Part shown: one piece after another, positions 16,678 through 24,136 of the stretch
Layout of the letters: every line of letters starts with the position of its first letter
Numbering within the stretch: position 1 is the stretch's first letter
Source: a virus
Lineage: Duplodnaviria > Caudoviricetes
DNA length: 24,200 nucleotides
Virus record (IMG/VR): IMGVR_UViG_3300030395_001615
Location: 1 to 24,200 of that record
Direction: 5' to 3' (one strand)
Notes under the pieces: generated by a model
The model's input: only the letters and a program-made list of their open reading frames with translations
Database searches by the model: none
Told to the model about the DNA's origin: nothing
Translations under genes and position numbers: made by a program

Positions 16678-18128
16678 TATACAATAATATAAAGTTTAGA
16701 TGCGTCTTTAGTGAGAGCATCATATTGTGCTTGTGTTACCGTTTCAATACCTGAAACTGCAGTTTGTCCAGCTCCAGCTGTTGCTGCGATATAACCTTGA
16801 CCTGTTACAAAATCATAAATTTGGTCTCCTGTAGCTAAAGCTGTTCCATTATCTGCTGGCGCACCTGTTACAATGCTTAATGCTGGTGCTGGTGAGGCTT
16901 GTGATACTGTAATTTGACCTGTAGTAGCAGAGGTTACGCCTGTAACTGTACCACCTGATGTATTTGTTGGAACTTGCCATGTACCATCTCCTCTTAAAAA
17001 AGTTGTGTTTGAACCACCAGCAGGTACGTGACCAACGTTTGATGTTCCATTGTATGCCATTGATTTAACAGAAACGCTGTTATTTGATGTTGTTACATCA
17101 ATTGGAGTTCCTGAAGATGTTCCAGGTGCAACTTCATCAACTGCTGTAATTGGGGAACTCGGCAGGGAAGTCAATTTTACTTTATCAGCTGCACTCATAA
17201 CACCTGCTGATGAAGCGGTGGCTACATTTATAGTTCCGTTTGCACCATCTGATGAATTAACTACAACATTTGAGGAGTTATGGGTTATTGATATGTTAGT
17301 AGTAACATTGCTTACTTTACTATTAAAAGTACTCCAGTCTGTTGAGGATAAAAATCCATTAGAACTTGCTGAAGCTTGTGTAATACCTAAAGTAAAGCTG
17401 CTAGCGTTACTAGCTCCACCTGACAGGGGAGCATTAGTTGTAATGCTCACTGTACCAGACCCCGAACCAGCACTTCCGTTTGCTGCAGCCGTGACTCTTC
17501 CTAACGCATCTACTGTAATGTTTGCATTTGTATAACTTCCTGCTGTTACACCTGAATTTTGTAGTGATATTACAGGTGTTGCTCCTCCTGAAGAAAGGAC
17601 TGGAGCTGTTGCTGTAACAGCTGTAACGGCACTTGTAACAAAGTTTTGGTTTCCAATATATGTAAATACATCTCCACCAGTTACAAGCCCTGTGTTTCCT
17701 GATGCTACACTACCTGCAACCACAGTGATTATTGGAGCTGTAGTTGTTTGTGCGACTGTTAATTTGTTTGTGTCTGCAGAAGTTACTGATGTAACAGTTC
17801 CTGTTCCACCACTACCACCACTACCAGATGACGCAATAGTTATAGAGTTTGTGCTTGCGTCTGTTAAAAGAGTGACGTTAGCTCCTGCGACAAGTGTTAA
17901 TGCAGTATTTGGGTCAGCTGCATCAACTGTACTTTGACCAGAAACTACTATACTACCAAACCCATCAAAAGACCCACTTGAAGAAAGGCTTGATGAAAAA
18001 TAAGAGTCTAGTGCGCTTATTCTATAGTTTTTAGTAGCATTATCCGCACCAGTTGCACCATCACTTCCAATAACAATATCTTCTGGATTAATAGTGCCGT
18101 CAGTTTGATATGTATGTATTCTTGCCAT
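16677..18128 (-). CDS. Tail fibre protein (second cassette)
   Basis: 483 aa, S/T/G/A/V-rich. Fibre motifs GSYTNANITVDALGRVT, GFLSSTDWSTFNSK and TTFLRGDGTW. C-terminal VTQAQYDALTKDASKLYII; internally duplicated GTVT.VTSA.T...TV.Q...AP block. Confidence 0.8.
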   Translation of the reverse strand: MARIHTYQTDGTINPEDIVIGSDGATGADNATKNYRISALDSYFSSSLSSSGSFDGFGSIVVSGQSTVDAADPNTALTLVAGANVTLLTDASTNSITIASSGSGGSGGTGTVTSVTSADTNKLTVAQTTTAPIITVVAGSVASGNTGLVTGGDVFTYIGNQNFVTSAVTAVTATAPVLSSGGATPVISLQNSGVTAGSYTNANITVDALGRVTAAANGSAGSGSGTVSITTNAPLSGGASNASSFTLGITQASASSNGFLSSTDWSTFNSKVSNVTTNISITHNSSNVVVNSSDGANGTINVATASSAGVMSAADKVKLTSLPSSPITAVDEVAPGTSSGTPIDVTTSNNSVSVKSMAYNGTSNVGHVPAGGSNTTFLRGDGTWQVPTNTSGGTVTGVTSATTGQITVSQASPAPALSIVTGAPADNGTALATGDQIYDFVTGQGYIAATAGAGQTAVSGIETVTQAQYDALTKDASKLYIIV

Positions 18129-18134
18129 AATTTT

Positions 18135-18389
18135 TTATCTCTTTGTATATTTTTTAGTCACCCTACCTGCTTTTGTGTTAGCAACAACTGTTTTACCTTT
18201 TGCTCCTGCACGTTTCTTTTTTCTAGCCGTCTTAGCTCTTTCAGCTTTTGACATGCTTCTAGCTTTCGCTAAGGGTAAACATCTGTCTGGATTCTTTTTG
18301 TTCTTGCTAGTACCACACTCTCCAAGTATAGAGCCGTCAGTACCGATACGAACCCACTTCTCTTTTCTCCATTTAGCTAATTCACCCAT
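18135..18389 (-). CDS. Basic conserved viral protein (LxKWxKEKW...RCLP...RKK, DUF5872-like)
   Basis: 84 aa, K/R-rich. Motif recalled from marine phage and giant-virus proteins; unverified. Confidence 0.7.
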   Translation of the reverse strand: MGELAKWRKEKWVRIGTDGSILGECGTSKNKKNPDRCLPLAKARSMSKAERAKTARKKKRAGAKGKTVVANTKAGRVTKKYTKR

Positions 18390-18751
18390 TACTTTTTAAA
18401 ACTTGTGAACTTAAACGTTTCTCCAGTAATTGCTAATTTGTCAATTACTTCTGTTTGAAGGTCTCTTAGTAATAGCTCCAGCTTGTCTTTTTCAATAACC
18501 ATTTGGCTTACTTTATCCTCTAAAGCTTCATTTTTAGCTTTTAGTGATTCTACCTCTTCTGGGTTTTTTCCAATAAAAGTGTAAATCACTACACTTAATG
18601 AACCTACTAGCATACCAACAATAACTTTAAAAATATCGTTGTTGGTTTCTGGTATTTCAAAAAAAGCTAAAAAGAGCAAAAGCCCCATGACTAAGACAAA
18701 AACTGTTGCTGCACCTATGTAGCCCCTTAGTTCTTTATCTTTCAAAATCAT
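18389..18751 (-). CDS. Two-TM plus coiled-coil membrane protein (holin/antiholin-like)
   Basis: TM1 YIGAATVFVLVMGLLLFLAFF, loop EIPETNND, TM2 IFKVIVGMLVGSLSVVIYTFIG, then an acidic heptad helix. Confidence 0.65.
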   Translation of the reverse strand: MILKDKELRGYIGAATVFVLVMGLLLFLAFFEIPETNNDIFKVIVGMLVGSLSVVIYTFIGKNPEEVESLKAKNEALEDKVSQMVIEKDKLELLLRDLQTEVIDKLAITGETFKFTSFKK

Positions 18752-18831
18752 TTTTTCTTTTTTTTCTTTTTTTTCTTTTTCATTGCCTTTTTCTTAGGCT
18801 TTGAACCGTATGTTGCGCTTCCGTATGGCAT
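18748..18831 (-). CDS. Poly-lysine micro-protein, 27 aa (not in ORF track)
   Basis: MPYGSATYGSKPKKKAMKKKKKKKKKK. ATGA overlap with the downstream gene; 3 nt after the upstream stop. Confidence 0.7.
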   Translation of the reverse strand: MPYGSATYGSKPKKKAMKKKKKKKKKK

Positions 18832-18834
18832 AAC

Positions 18835-18951
18835 TTATCCTTTTTTAATTTTACGTAATTTTTTAAAATCTGCACCTGTTATTTTATTAAAAGGTGGTGC
18901 TAACCTTGCAATTTTCATCTGCTTTGCAGAAAGCTTTTTTTTATGCTTCAT
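18835..18951 (-). CDS. Small basic protein, 38 aa (not in ORF track)
   Basis: MKHKKKLSAKQMKIARLAPPFNKITGADFKKLRKIKKG. ATGA overlap with the upstream gene. Confidence 0.75.
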   Translation of the reverse strand: MKHKKKLSAKQMKIARLAPPFNKITGADFKKLRKIKKG

Positions 18952-19073
18952 TTCTTTTTATTCATTTTTTGCATATCCTTAATATGCTTGTCAATAATTT
19001 TTGATTGCTTCAAATGCATCGCTGATGCTTTTTTTAATTCTGAAACTACTTTTTTTAATTGTGAGTGTTGCAT
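18948..19073 (-). CDS. Small basic helical protein, 41 aa (not in ORF track)
   Basis: MQHSQLKKVVSELKKASAMHLKQSKIIDKHIKDMQKMNKKK; tiles the gap exactly. Confidence 0.75.
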   Translation of the reverse strand: MQHSQLKKVVSELKKASAMHLKQSKIIDKHIKDMQKMNKKK

Positions 19074-19075
19074 GA

Positions 19076-19246
19076 TTATTTTTTCTTTTTTTTAGCTCCT
19101 TTAGCGTAATTAGGGTCTTTACAATACTTACTTGCAGCCATATTAGCATATGCTGATGGATAGGTATCAAAAGTTCTTTTTGCCCATGCTATTCCAGCTG
19201 CGCAAATTTTATTACCCTTTTTTCTTTTTTTAAGCTTACTTGCCAT
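19076..19246 (-). CDS. Small basic protein with YPSAYAN motif, 56 aa (not in ORF track)
   Basis: MASKLKKRKKGNKICAAGIAWAKRTFDTYPSAYANMAASKYCKDPNYAKGAKKKKK; overlaps the upstream stop by 11 nt. Confidence 0.8.
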   Translation of the reverse strand: MASKLKKRKKGNKICAAGIAWAKRTFDTYPSAYANMAASKYCKDPNYAKGAKKKKK

Positions 19247-20111
19247 TTTTCTTATTTCTTAAATAATGCTGATGTATTGCAAGCTTTGGCTTATCACCAG
19301 TATCCTTGTGAGCACCATAGTTCATTACAGAATACTTAATTCTTCCTGAATCAGCATATTTGAATTTTTGATTGCCTTGTGCCTGGTCAAATCTATTAAG
19401 CATTGCTGGAAGCTGTTCTTTAACAAAACCTGGAGCTTGATTAACTTTCTTCTTCATAATCTTGTTTGCTTTTTTGAAAGCTCTATCTTCTCTTCTCGCA
19501 GCACGTCTGTCCATTCTCGCTGCTTTTTTATCAGCTCTTTTTGTCAGTCTTGCTGTTTTTCTTGCAACTCTTGAATCAAATCTTTCAGCTACTCTTGCTA
19601 TTCTATCTGTACTAGCACCCTTTTCTGCAAGTTTCATGATTTTATTAGCCTTTTTGACTTCTAAATTACTTGCTTTTGTAAAGGCCTTTTTTACTAAGTA
19701 GTCACGTTTTACATCTCCCTTATATTCAAGGTAATCACTTTTTGTAAGTCCTTTAGTAAGTGTAGTGTGAATCTGGTCAATTCCTTTAGCTCCTTTATCA
19801 GCTGACTTGAAAAACTTATCGTTTCCGCTTATAGCGTTTTTCATTTGAGAGTGTTGTCTCATGTTTCTGATACTACCATCGTTATATTGATGGCCAGTGG
19901 CAAATGGATTTGAAGAAACTCTTTGATTTGATGGCGGAGCTGGTGCATTTACAATATTTCCTCCTCCTCCATAAAGTTTAAACCTGCTAGCCACATATCC
20001 ATAAGGGCCGCTTGTTTTTTGAAAAGGAGTACCGACTTCACGCCCCTGATTATCTCTTTGTGCGAATTGGTTTCCAGTCTTTCTAAAAGATGGTATTTTT
20101 GGTCTAGGCAT
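19236..20111 (-). CDS. Basic low-complexity protein (possible internal virion / DNA-binding protein)
   Basis: 291 aa, with a K/A/R-rich helix RVARKTARLTKRADKKAARMDRRAARRE flanked by two copies of KKANKIMK. First gene after a -7 box. Confidence 0.65.
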   Translation of the reverse strand: MPRPKIPSFRKTGNQFAQRDNQGREVGTPFQKTSGPYGYVASRFKLYGGGGNIVNAPAPPSNQRVSSNPFATGHQYNDGSIRNMRQHSQMKNAISGNDKFFKSADKGAKGIDQIHTTLTKGLTKSDYLEYKGDVKRDYLVKKAFTKASNLEVKKANKIMKLAEKGASTDRIARVAERFDSRVARKTARLTKRADKKAARMDRRAARREDRAFKKANKIMKKKVNQAPGFVKEQLPAMLNRFDQAQGNQKFKYADSGRIKYSVMNYGAHKDTGDKPKLAIHQHYLRNKKNGK

Positions 20112-20131
20112 AACTTCTAATTTTATAGAAA

Positions 20132-20165
20132 CAAAGATAAGTAAAAATTGTTTTCATTATTTTTG
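20132..20165. promoter_or_regulatory. Divergent pair of -7 boxes: TATCTTTG (minus, 20132-20139) and TATTTTTG (plus, 20158-20165)
   Basis: Both match TAnnTTTG and each points at the adjacent start codon (20111 minus; 20180 plus). Confidence 0.6.
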
Positions 20166-20179
20166 CCTATATTATTCAA

Positions 20180-20665
20180 ATGCAAGTCAAATATTATAAA
20201 AGAGGAAAAAGTAAAAAGATTAAAAGACAGCCTAGGTCTCGTTCTTATAATTTTTTAAAATACTATAGAGTTGTTAGGTATTATATAAAAAGAAAATACA
20301 ATATAACTTTAATGGAGTTGGATATGCTTTTATATCTATACGATATGCCTTATTTCAAAAAAGATGACTTTAATTATTACGGAAACACCATGTCTTGGGA
20401 TAAAAAGCGTTTTTATGATATGATTAAAAAGGGTTTGATAAAAGAGTGGAGGCCTGGAAAAGAAAAGTATGCTTTGTCGAAAATGTTTGAATTAACACAT
20501 TTGGGTAAAACCATATGTTTGATAACATATAAAAAACTTTTAGGTGAAGAAAAGATATCAGAAGAAGCTCGCTCTAATCCTGTGTTTAAGAAAGAATCTT
20601 ACATGGATAAGGTTTATAAGAATGTAATAGAAAAAATGAACTCTAGACAAGCTTCTGATAATTAA
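20180..20665 (+). CDS. MarR-like winged-helix DNA-binding protein
   Basis: YNITLMELDMLLYLY ... MIKKGLIKEW ... MFELTHLGK parallels MarR LT..Q..VL..L ... L.KKGL..R ... LT..G. It is the only long ORF filling this gap. Confidence 0.6.
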   Translation: MQVKYYKRGKSKKIKRQPRSRSYNFLKYYRVVRYYIKRKYNITLMELDMLLYLYDMPYFKKDDFNYYGNTMSWDKKRFYDMIKKGLIKEWRPGKEKYALSKMFELTHLGKTICLITYKKLLGEEKISEEARSNPVFKKESYMDKVYKNVIEKMNSRQASDN

Positions 20666-21389
20666 CTATTGCTTGTTTTAATACGGAGTAATCTCTGATT
20701 GATGTTATTTCTTTTAGTTTTCTCATTTTAAGTTTACTTCCGCCTTCAGTTAAAACATCTATAGCTTCTATTGCTTTTGCTATCATGTTTTCTTTTCTTA
20801 TCTCTTTGTTTGCTGATGCAATAGACTTTAGTATATCTTCCTTAAAATACCACCTAACTAAATGCCTGGTCGTTTCCAAAACTTCTGCAACCTTTGAAAT
20901 TGTAATCTTTTCTTTTTTAAACCAAAGTTCTTCAATAACACTGCTGATTCTATCTTCTGATGGTTTTTCTTTTGCAGATATTAACTGTCCAACAATTTTC
21001 ATTTTAGTTTTTCTGTCAAACATTTTTGATGGATTGAATATTATTTTTCTATATCTAGCACAATATGGCTTTTTTTTGATACGGTGTACTCTTTCAACCA
21101 TATCTTCTACTCTTGAATTACCATAGGTTCTTATAATGTGTCCACTTCCTCTGTCGGACAAAACAGAGAAAAATCGTTTCATTTTTGATAATTTGAATTC
21201 TGGGTTTAGCCAAATAAACTTTTCAGCTATATATTCCAGCTCTGCAAATGAATTTATCTTTCTTGTGGTTCTGTAAAGGCTATAGTACTCTACACCATCT
21301 GGAAAAAACAGATAGTCTGCCCCTTTAAATATAAAAGAGGACTCCATGATGATTCTATGTCTTTCGTAATCAAATAGGGGTATTAGCAT
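20643..21389 (-). CDS. HTH-containing DNA-binding protein
   Basis: 248 aa, basic. KITISKVAEVLETTRHLVRWYF is a helix-turn-helix, with a possible second degenerate HTH (KLKMRKLKEITSIRDYSVL). Confidence 0.6.
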   Translation of the reverse strand: MLIPLFDYERHRIIMESSFIFKGADYLFFPDGVEYYSLYRTTRKINSFAELEYIAEKFIWLNPEFKLSKMKRFFSVLSDRGSGHIIRTYGNSRVEDMVERVHRIKKKPYCARYRKIIFNPSKMFDRKTKMKIVGQLISAKEKPSEDRISSVIEELWFKKEKITISKVAEVLETTRHLVRWYFKEDILKSIASANKEIRKENMIAKAIEAIDVLTEGGSKLKMRKLKEITSIRDYSVLKQAIVNYQKLV

Positions 21390-21648
21390 CGTCTAGCATC
21401 ACTACCACATCTCTTTCTCGTATGGCCTTGTATTTTTCTCCTTTGATTCTGATATCACTACCAGCTACTTTATCAAAGTAAACAACCATCCCTTCTTTCA
21501 CTTCTTTTACAAGTTCTCCTATTGTAATGACTTTTCCAATGATGTATCTAACGTTTAAATCAGATTTATCGCTAATAATTAAACCTAATTCGTTTTTTTG
21601 GTATACCTCACCGTCTTCAACAATGATAAAATCTCCTACTGCTTTCAT
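21370..21648 (-). CDS. groES: Co-chaperonin GroES
   Basis: KAVGDFIIV, mobile loop NELGLII, GKVITIGELVKEVKEGMVVYFDK.AG..I.I.GEKY..IRERDVV. Confidence 0.9.
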   Translation of the reverse strand: MKAVGDFIIVEDGEVYQKNELGLIISDKSDLNVRYIIGKVITIGELVKEVKEGMVVYFDKVAGSDIRIKGEKYKAIRERDVVVMLDDANTPI

Positions 21649-21860
21649 TGAGTTTGTGGTAATTTAGGTGCTCTTTTATAATTAACGTTCTTTTTTTTCT
21701 CATCATTGATATTCCACTTCGTTATTACGTCACCCTCTAAGTCAATCACCGTATACCCATGTCTTGTTAAAAGCTCAATAGAACTGTGAAGTTTTCTTAC
21801 TTCTTCCCTATAGTCCTCGAAAATTTGATTTGAAATTGCTTCGTGTGTATGTTCACTCAT
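21645..21860 (-). CDS. Hypothetical protein between groEL and groES
   Basis: 71 aa (IELLTRHGYTVIDLEGDVI); ATGA overlap with groES. Confidence 0.7.
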   Translation of the reverse strand: MSEHTHEAISNQIFEDYREEVRKLHSSIELLTRHGYTVIDLEGDVITKWNINDEKKKNVNYKRAPKLPQTQ

Positions 21861-21865
21861 AATAT

Positions 21866-23464
21866 TTAATTTTTGTTTGTTTTTATTCGTTTATTTGAAA
21901 TTACGCATGATGTTGTTAGAATTATACCAGCAACTGATGCTGAATTCATAACTGCGTTCTTGGTAACCTTAAAAGGGTCAATAATCCCCATTTTAAACAT
22001 ATTACCAAATTTTTTGTTCTTTACATCAAACCCCATGTCTTTGTTTGAGTTTTTTACTTTCTCAAGTAGTTCAATGTAATCTTGTCCAGAGTTCTCAATG
22101 ATGCGCTGAAACACAACAGGCAAACAACTCCAAACGACCCCATATCCTATTAAAAAAGAATCAGAACGGCCTCGCGGAGGTTTTTTCGCGATTTTTTTGT
22201 TATATGCGTTCATTAGTGCAATCCCTCCACCAGCAACTATACCTTGTTCAAGCGCAGCTTTAGTTGCATGGATGGAGTCATCGACTCTATCTTTCTTTTC
22301 TTTTAGCTCTACTTCAGAATTACCAGCAAGCTTGATGGTTGCTACACCACCTGCTAATTTTGATAATCTATCCTGTAAATGCCATTTAATAGATTTATTC
22401 TTTGTTTTTCTTATTTCTGTGTTGAGGTATTCAATGATTTCGTCTTTTTGTGGGTTGACTTGCTCATCAAACACCAAAATCGTTTCATTACTGTCTGAAA
22501 TCATTTGCTTACATGTACCAAGATACGATGCGTCTATATTTTGCATGGAATCACCAGACATCTCTGAAATAATCTTAGCACCTGTCATAAGTGCTAAATC
22601 TTCCAATAATTCAAACCTACCGATACCAATACCTTCAGGTTGGAAGAAATTAGCTGTTAAATTCTTTTTATTTATGTTTTGAGCTATAAATAGCTTTACC
22701 CTATCATCTAAATCAGCTATAATTAGAAGTGGGCGCTTTTGTTTGATTGATTGTTCAAATGCAAAGTGTAGTCTTTCATGCATGTCAATCTTAGTATCAC
22801 TAATAACAATAAGTGGATTTTGAAACTCTACTGTCTTTTTTCTAAGATTATTTACACTAAATGGTGTTCCGTACCCTCTTTTGATTCTTGTACCATTAGT
22901 TATTTCAGTATAATCTTCGCCTGTTGCAGAGTCGTCCATTGTTACAACTCCGTTCTTCCCAACTTTATTGTATGCGTCAGCAATCATGTTTCCTAAATAC
23001 TGGTCTCCATTTGCTGAAATAGTAGCAACCTCCACCAAACTCTTGTCGTCTACTTCTTTTTTGAACTTCTCTACGAGATTTACTATTTCTTTAGCTGCAA
23101 ACTCAATTCCTTCTTTTGCTTGAGTTACATTTTCTATCATGTCTGTATACTCAAAACACGCATCTATTATGGCTTTTGCCAAAACACATGAAGTTGTTGT
23201 GCCGTCACCAGCTTCTGTGGCGGTTTTTTGTGAAGCTTGTTTTAAAATGCTACAACCTAAATTTTCTACAGGGTCTGTAAGTATGATTGAATTAGCTACA
23301 GTTACTCCGTCTTTGGTAATATGTGGTGTACCAAACTCATCTTCTATTATAACTGTCTTACCTGAAGCTCCAAGTGTGGAGGCTACAGCTTCTGAAAGCA
23401 CGTCTATTCCCTTTTTTAGTGATTCACGGCCTTCGGAATCAAATACTATGTTTTTTTCAATCAT
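21866..23464 (-). CDS. groEL: Phage-encoded chaperonin GroEL
   Basis: ITKDGVTVA, ATP-binding AGDGTTT, ATISANGD, RLSKLAGGVA, ELKEKKDRVDD (catalytic Asp), GIVAGGG and GIIDPFKV. Divergent apical domain; no GGM tail. Confidence 0.96.
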   Translation of the reverse strand: MIEKNIVFDSEGRESLKKGIDVLSEAVASTLGASGKTVIIEDEFGTPHITKDGVTVANSIILTDPVENLGCSILKQASQKTATEAGDGTTTSCVLAKAIIDACFEYTDMIENVTQAKEGIEFAAKEIVNLVEKFKKEVDDKSLVEVATISANGDQYLGNMIADAYNKVGKNGVVTMDDSATGEDYTEITNGTRIKRGYGTPFSVNNLRKKTVEFQNPLIVISDTKIDMHERLHFAFEQSIKQKRPLLIIADLDDRVKLFIAQNINKKNLTANFFQPEGIGIGRFELLEDLALMTGAKIISEMSGDSMQNIDASYLGTCKQMISDSNETILVFDEQVNPQKDEIIEYLNTEIRKTKNKSIKWHLQDRLSKLAGGVATIKLAGNSEVELKEKKDRVDDSIHATKAALEQGIVAGGGIALMNAYNKKIAKKPPRGRSDSFLIGYGVVWSCLPVVFQRIIENSGQDYIELLEKVKNSNKDMGFDVKNKKFGNMFKMGIIDPFKVTKNAVMNSASVAGIILTTSCVISNKRIKTNKN

Positions 23465-23590
23465 TTAATTAAAATTTGGTTTTTATTCTTTATTCTTTTT
23501 TATAATTATATGTAATATAATTATTATGTATGTCGTTTTTATGTATTTTTTTACCATACATACACAAAAACCTGTGTAACACCCTAATAA

Positions 23591-23782
23591 TCAATGTTTT
23601 TTGTTTGTCTCTTGCTTGTCACCTGCTTGTCGCACTAATTCATCAACTTTTTGTTGTAGTTTTTGAATCATTATTCTACTTCCTTTGTTCTTTTTTTGGT
23701 GAATTATCTCCTTGTACAGAGCTAAAATGAGGCGGCTTGCATGAGAGGGTTGTTTTCCAGTTTTTTTGTATTGGTTTTCCAT
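23591..23782 (-). CDS. Hypothetical basic protein
   Basis: 63 aa on the coding strand, downstream of a -7 box; no recognisable motif. Confidence 0.55.
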   Translation of the reverse strand: MENQYKKTGKQPSHASRLILALYKEIIHQKKNKGSRIMIQKLQQKVDELVRQAGDKQETNKKH

Positions 23783-23836
23783 TATAATACAAATAAGGTG
23801 TTATTAGTTCCTTCATATTCATACATACATTTACCA

Positions 23837-23844
23837 CAAATATA
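23837..23844 (-). promoter_or_regulatory. -7 promoter box TATATTTG (second match TACTTTTG at 23913-23920)
   Basis: TAnnTTTG in the non-coding region upstream of the groEL operon. Confidence 0.6.
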
Positions 23845-24119
23845 CTAAAAATTTAGATGTGGCGCAAAAATGTAAAGTCTTTTACACCTATATTATTAGT
23901 TTAACCTGTTTGCAAAAGTATGCCACGAGATATACAGGGGTTTTAGGTAACCTCTTATATTAGGCTATGGCCAGTGTATTTTATATTGTTTTGTTTTACC
24001 CCAGGGGGGTGTGATTTAGTTTTACTTTTCTATATTTTTTTAGCTTTTTTTGTATCTCTTCCACGATTTACCTATTTCTATAGTACAAAAAAACCTAAGG
24101 CTTACCATTTCACATTAGG

Positions 24120-24136
24120 CCCCACCCACCCAACCC
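24120..24136 (-). other. G-quadruplex-forming motif GGGTTGGGTGGGTGGGG
   Basis: Plus strand reads cccc-a-ccc-a-ccc-aa-ccc, giving four G3+ runs with 2/1/1-nt loops on the minus strand. Confidence 0.8.

Noticed and set aside
21370-23464. Host chromosomal groESL (prophage boundary or chimeric contig)
   Set aside because: Reversed gene order, strong divergence, no GGM tail and seamless coupling to phage-like genes.
1029-23730. Plus-strand ORFs in the track other than 20180..20665 (e.g. 9579, 11616, 17050, 22197) and the nested minus ORF 1532..2083
   Set aside because: Antisense or off-frame shadows of well-supported genes, with no motifs and no initiation context.
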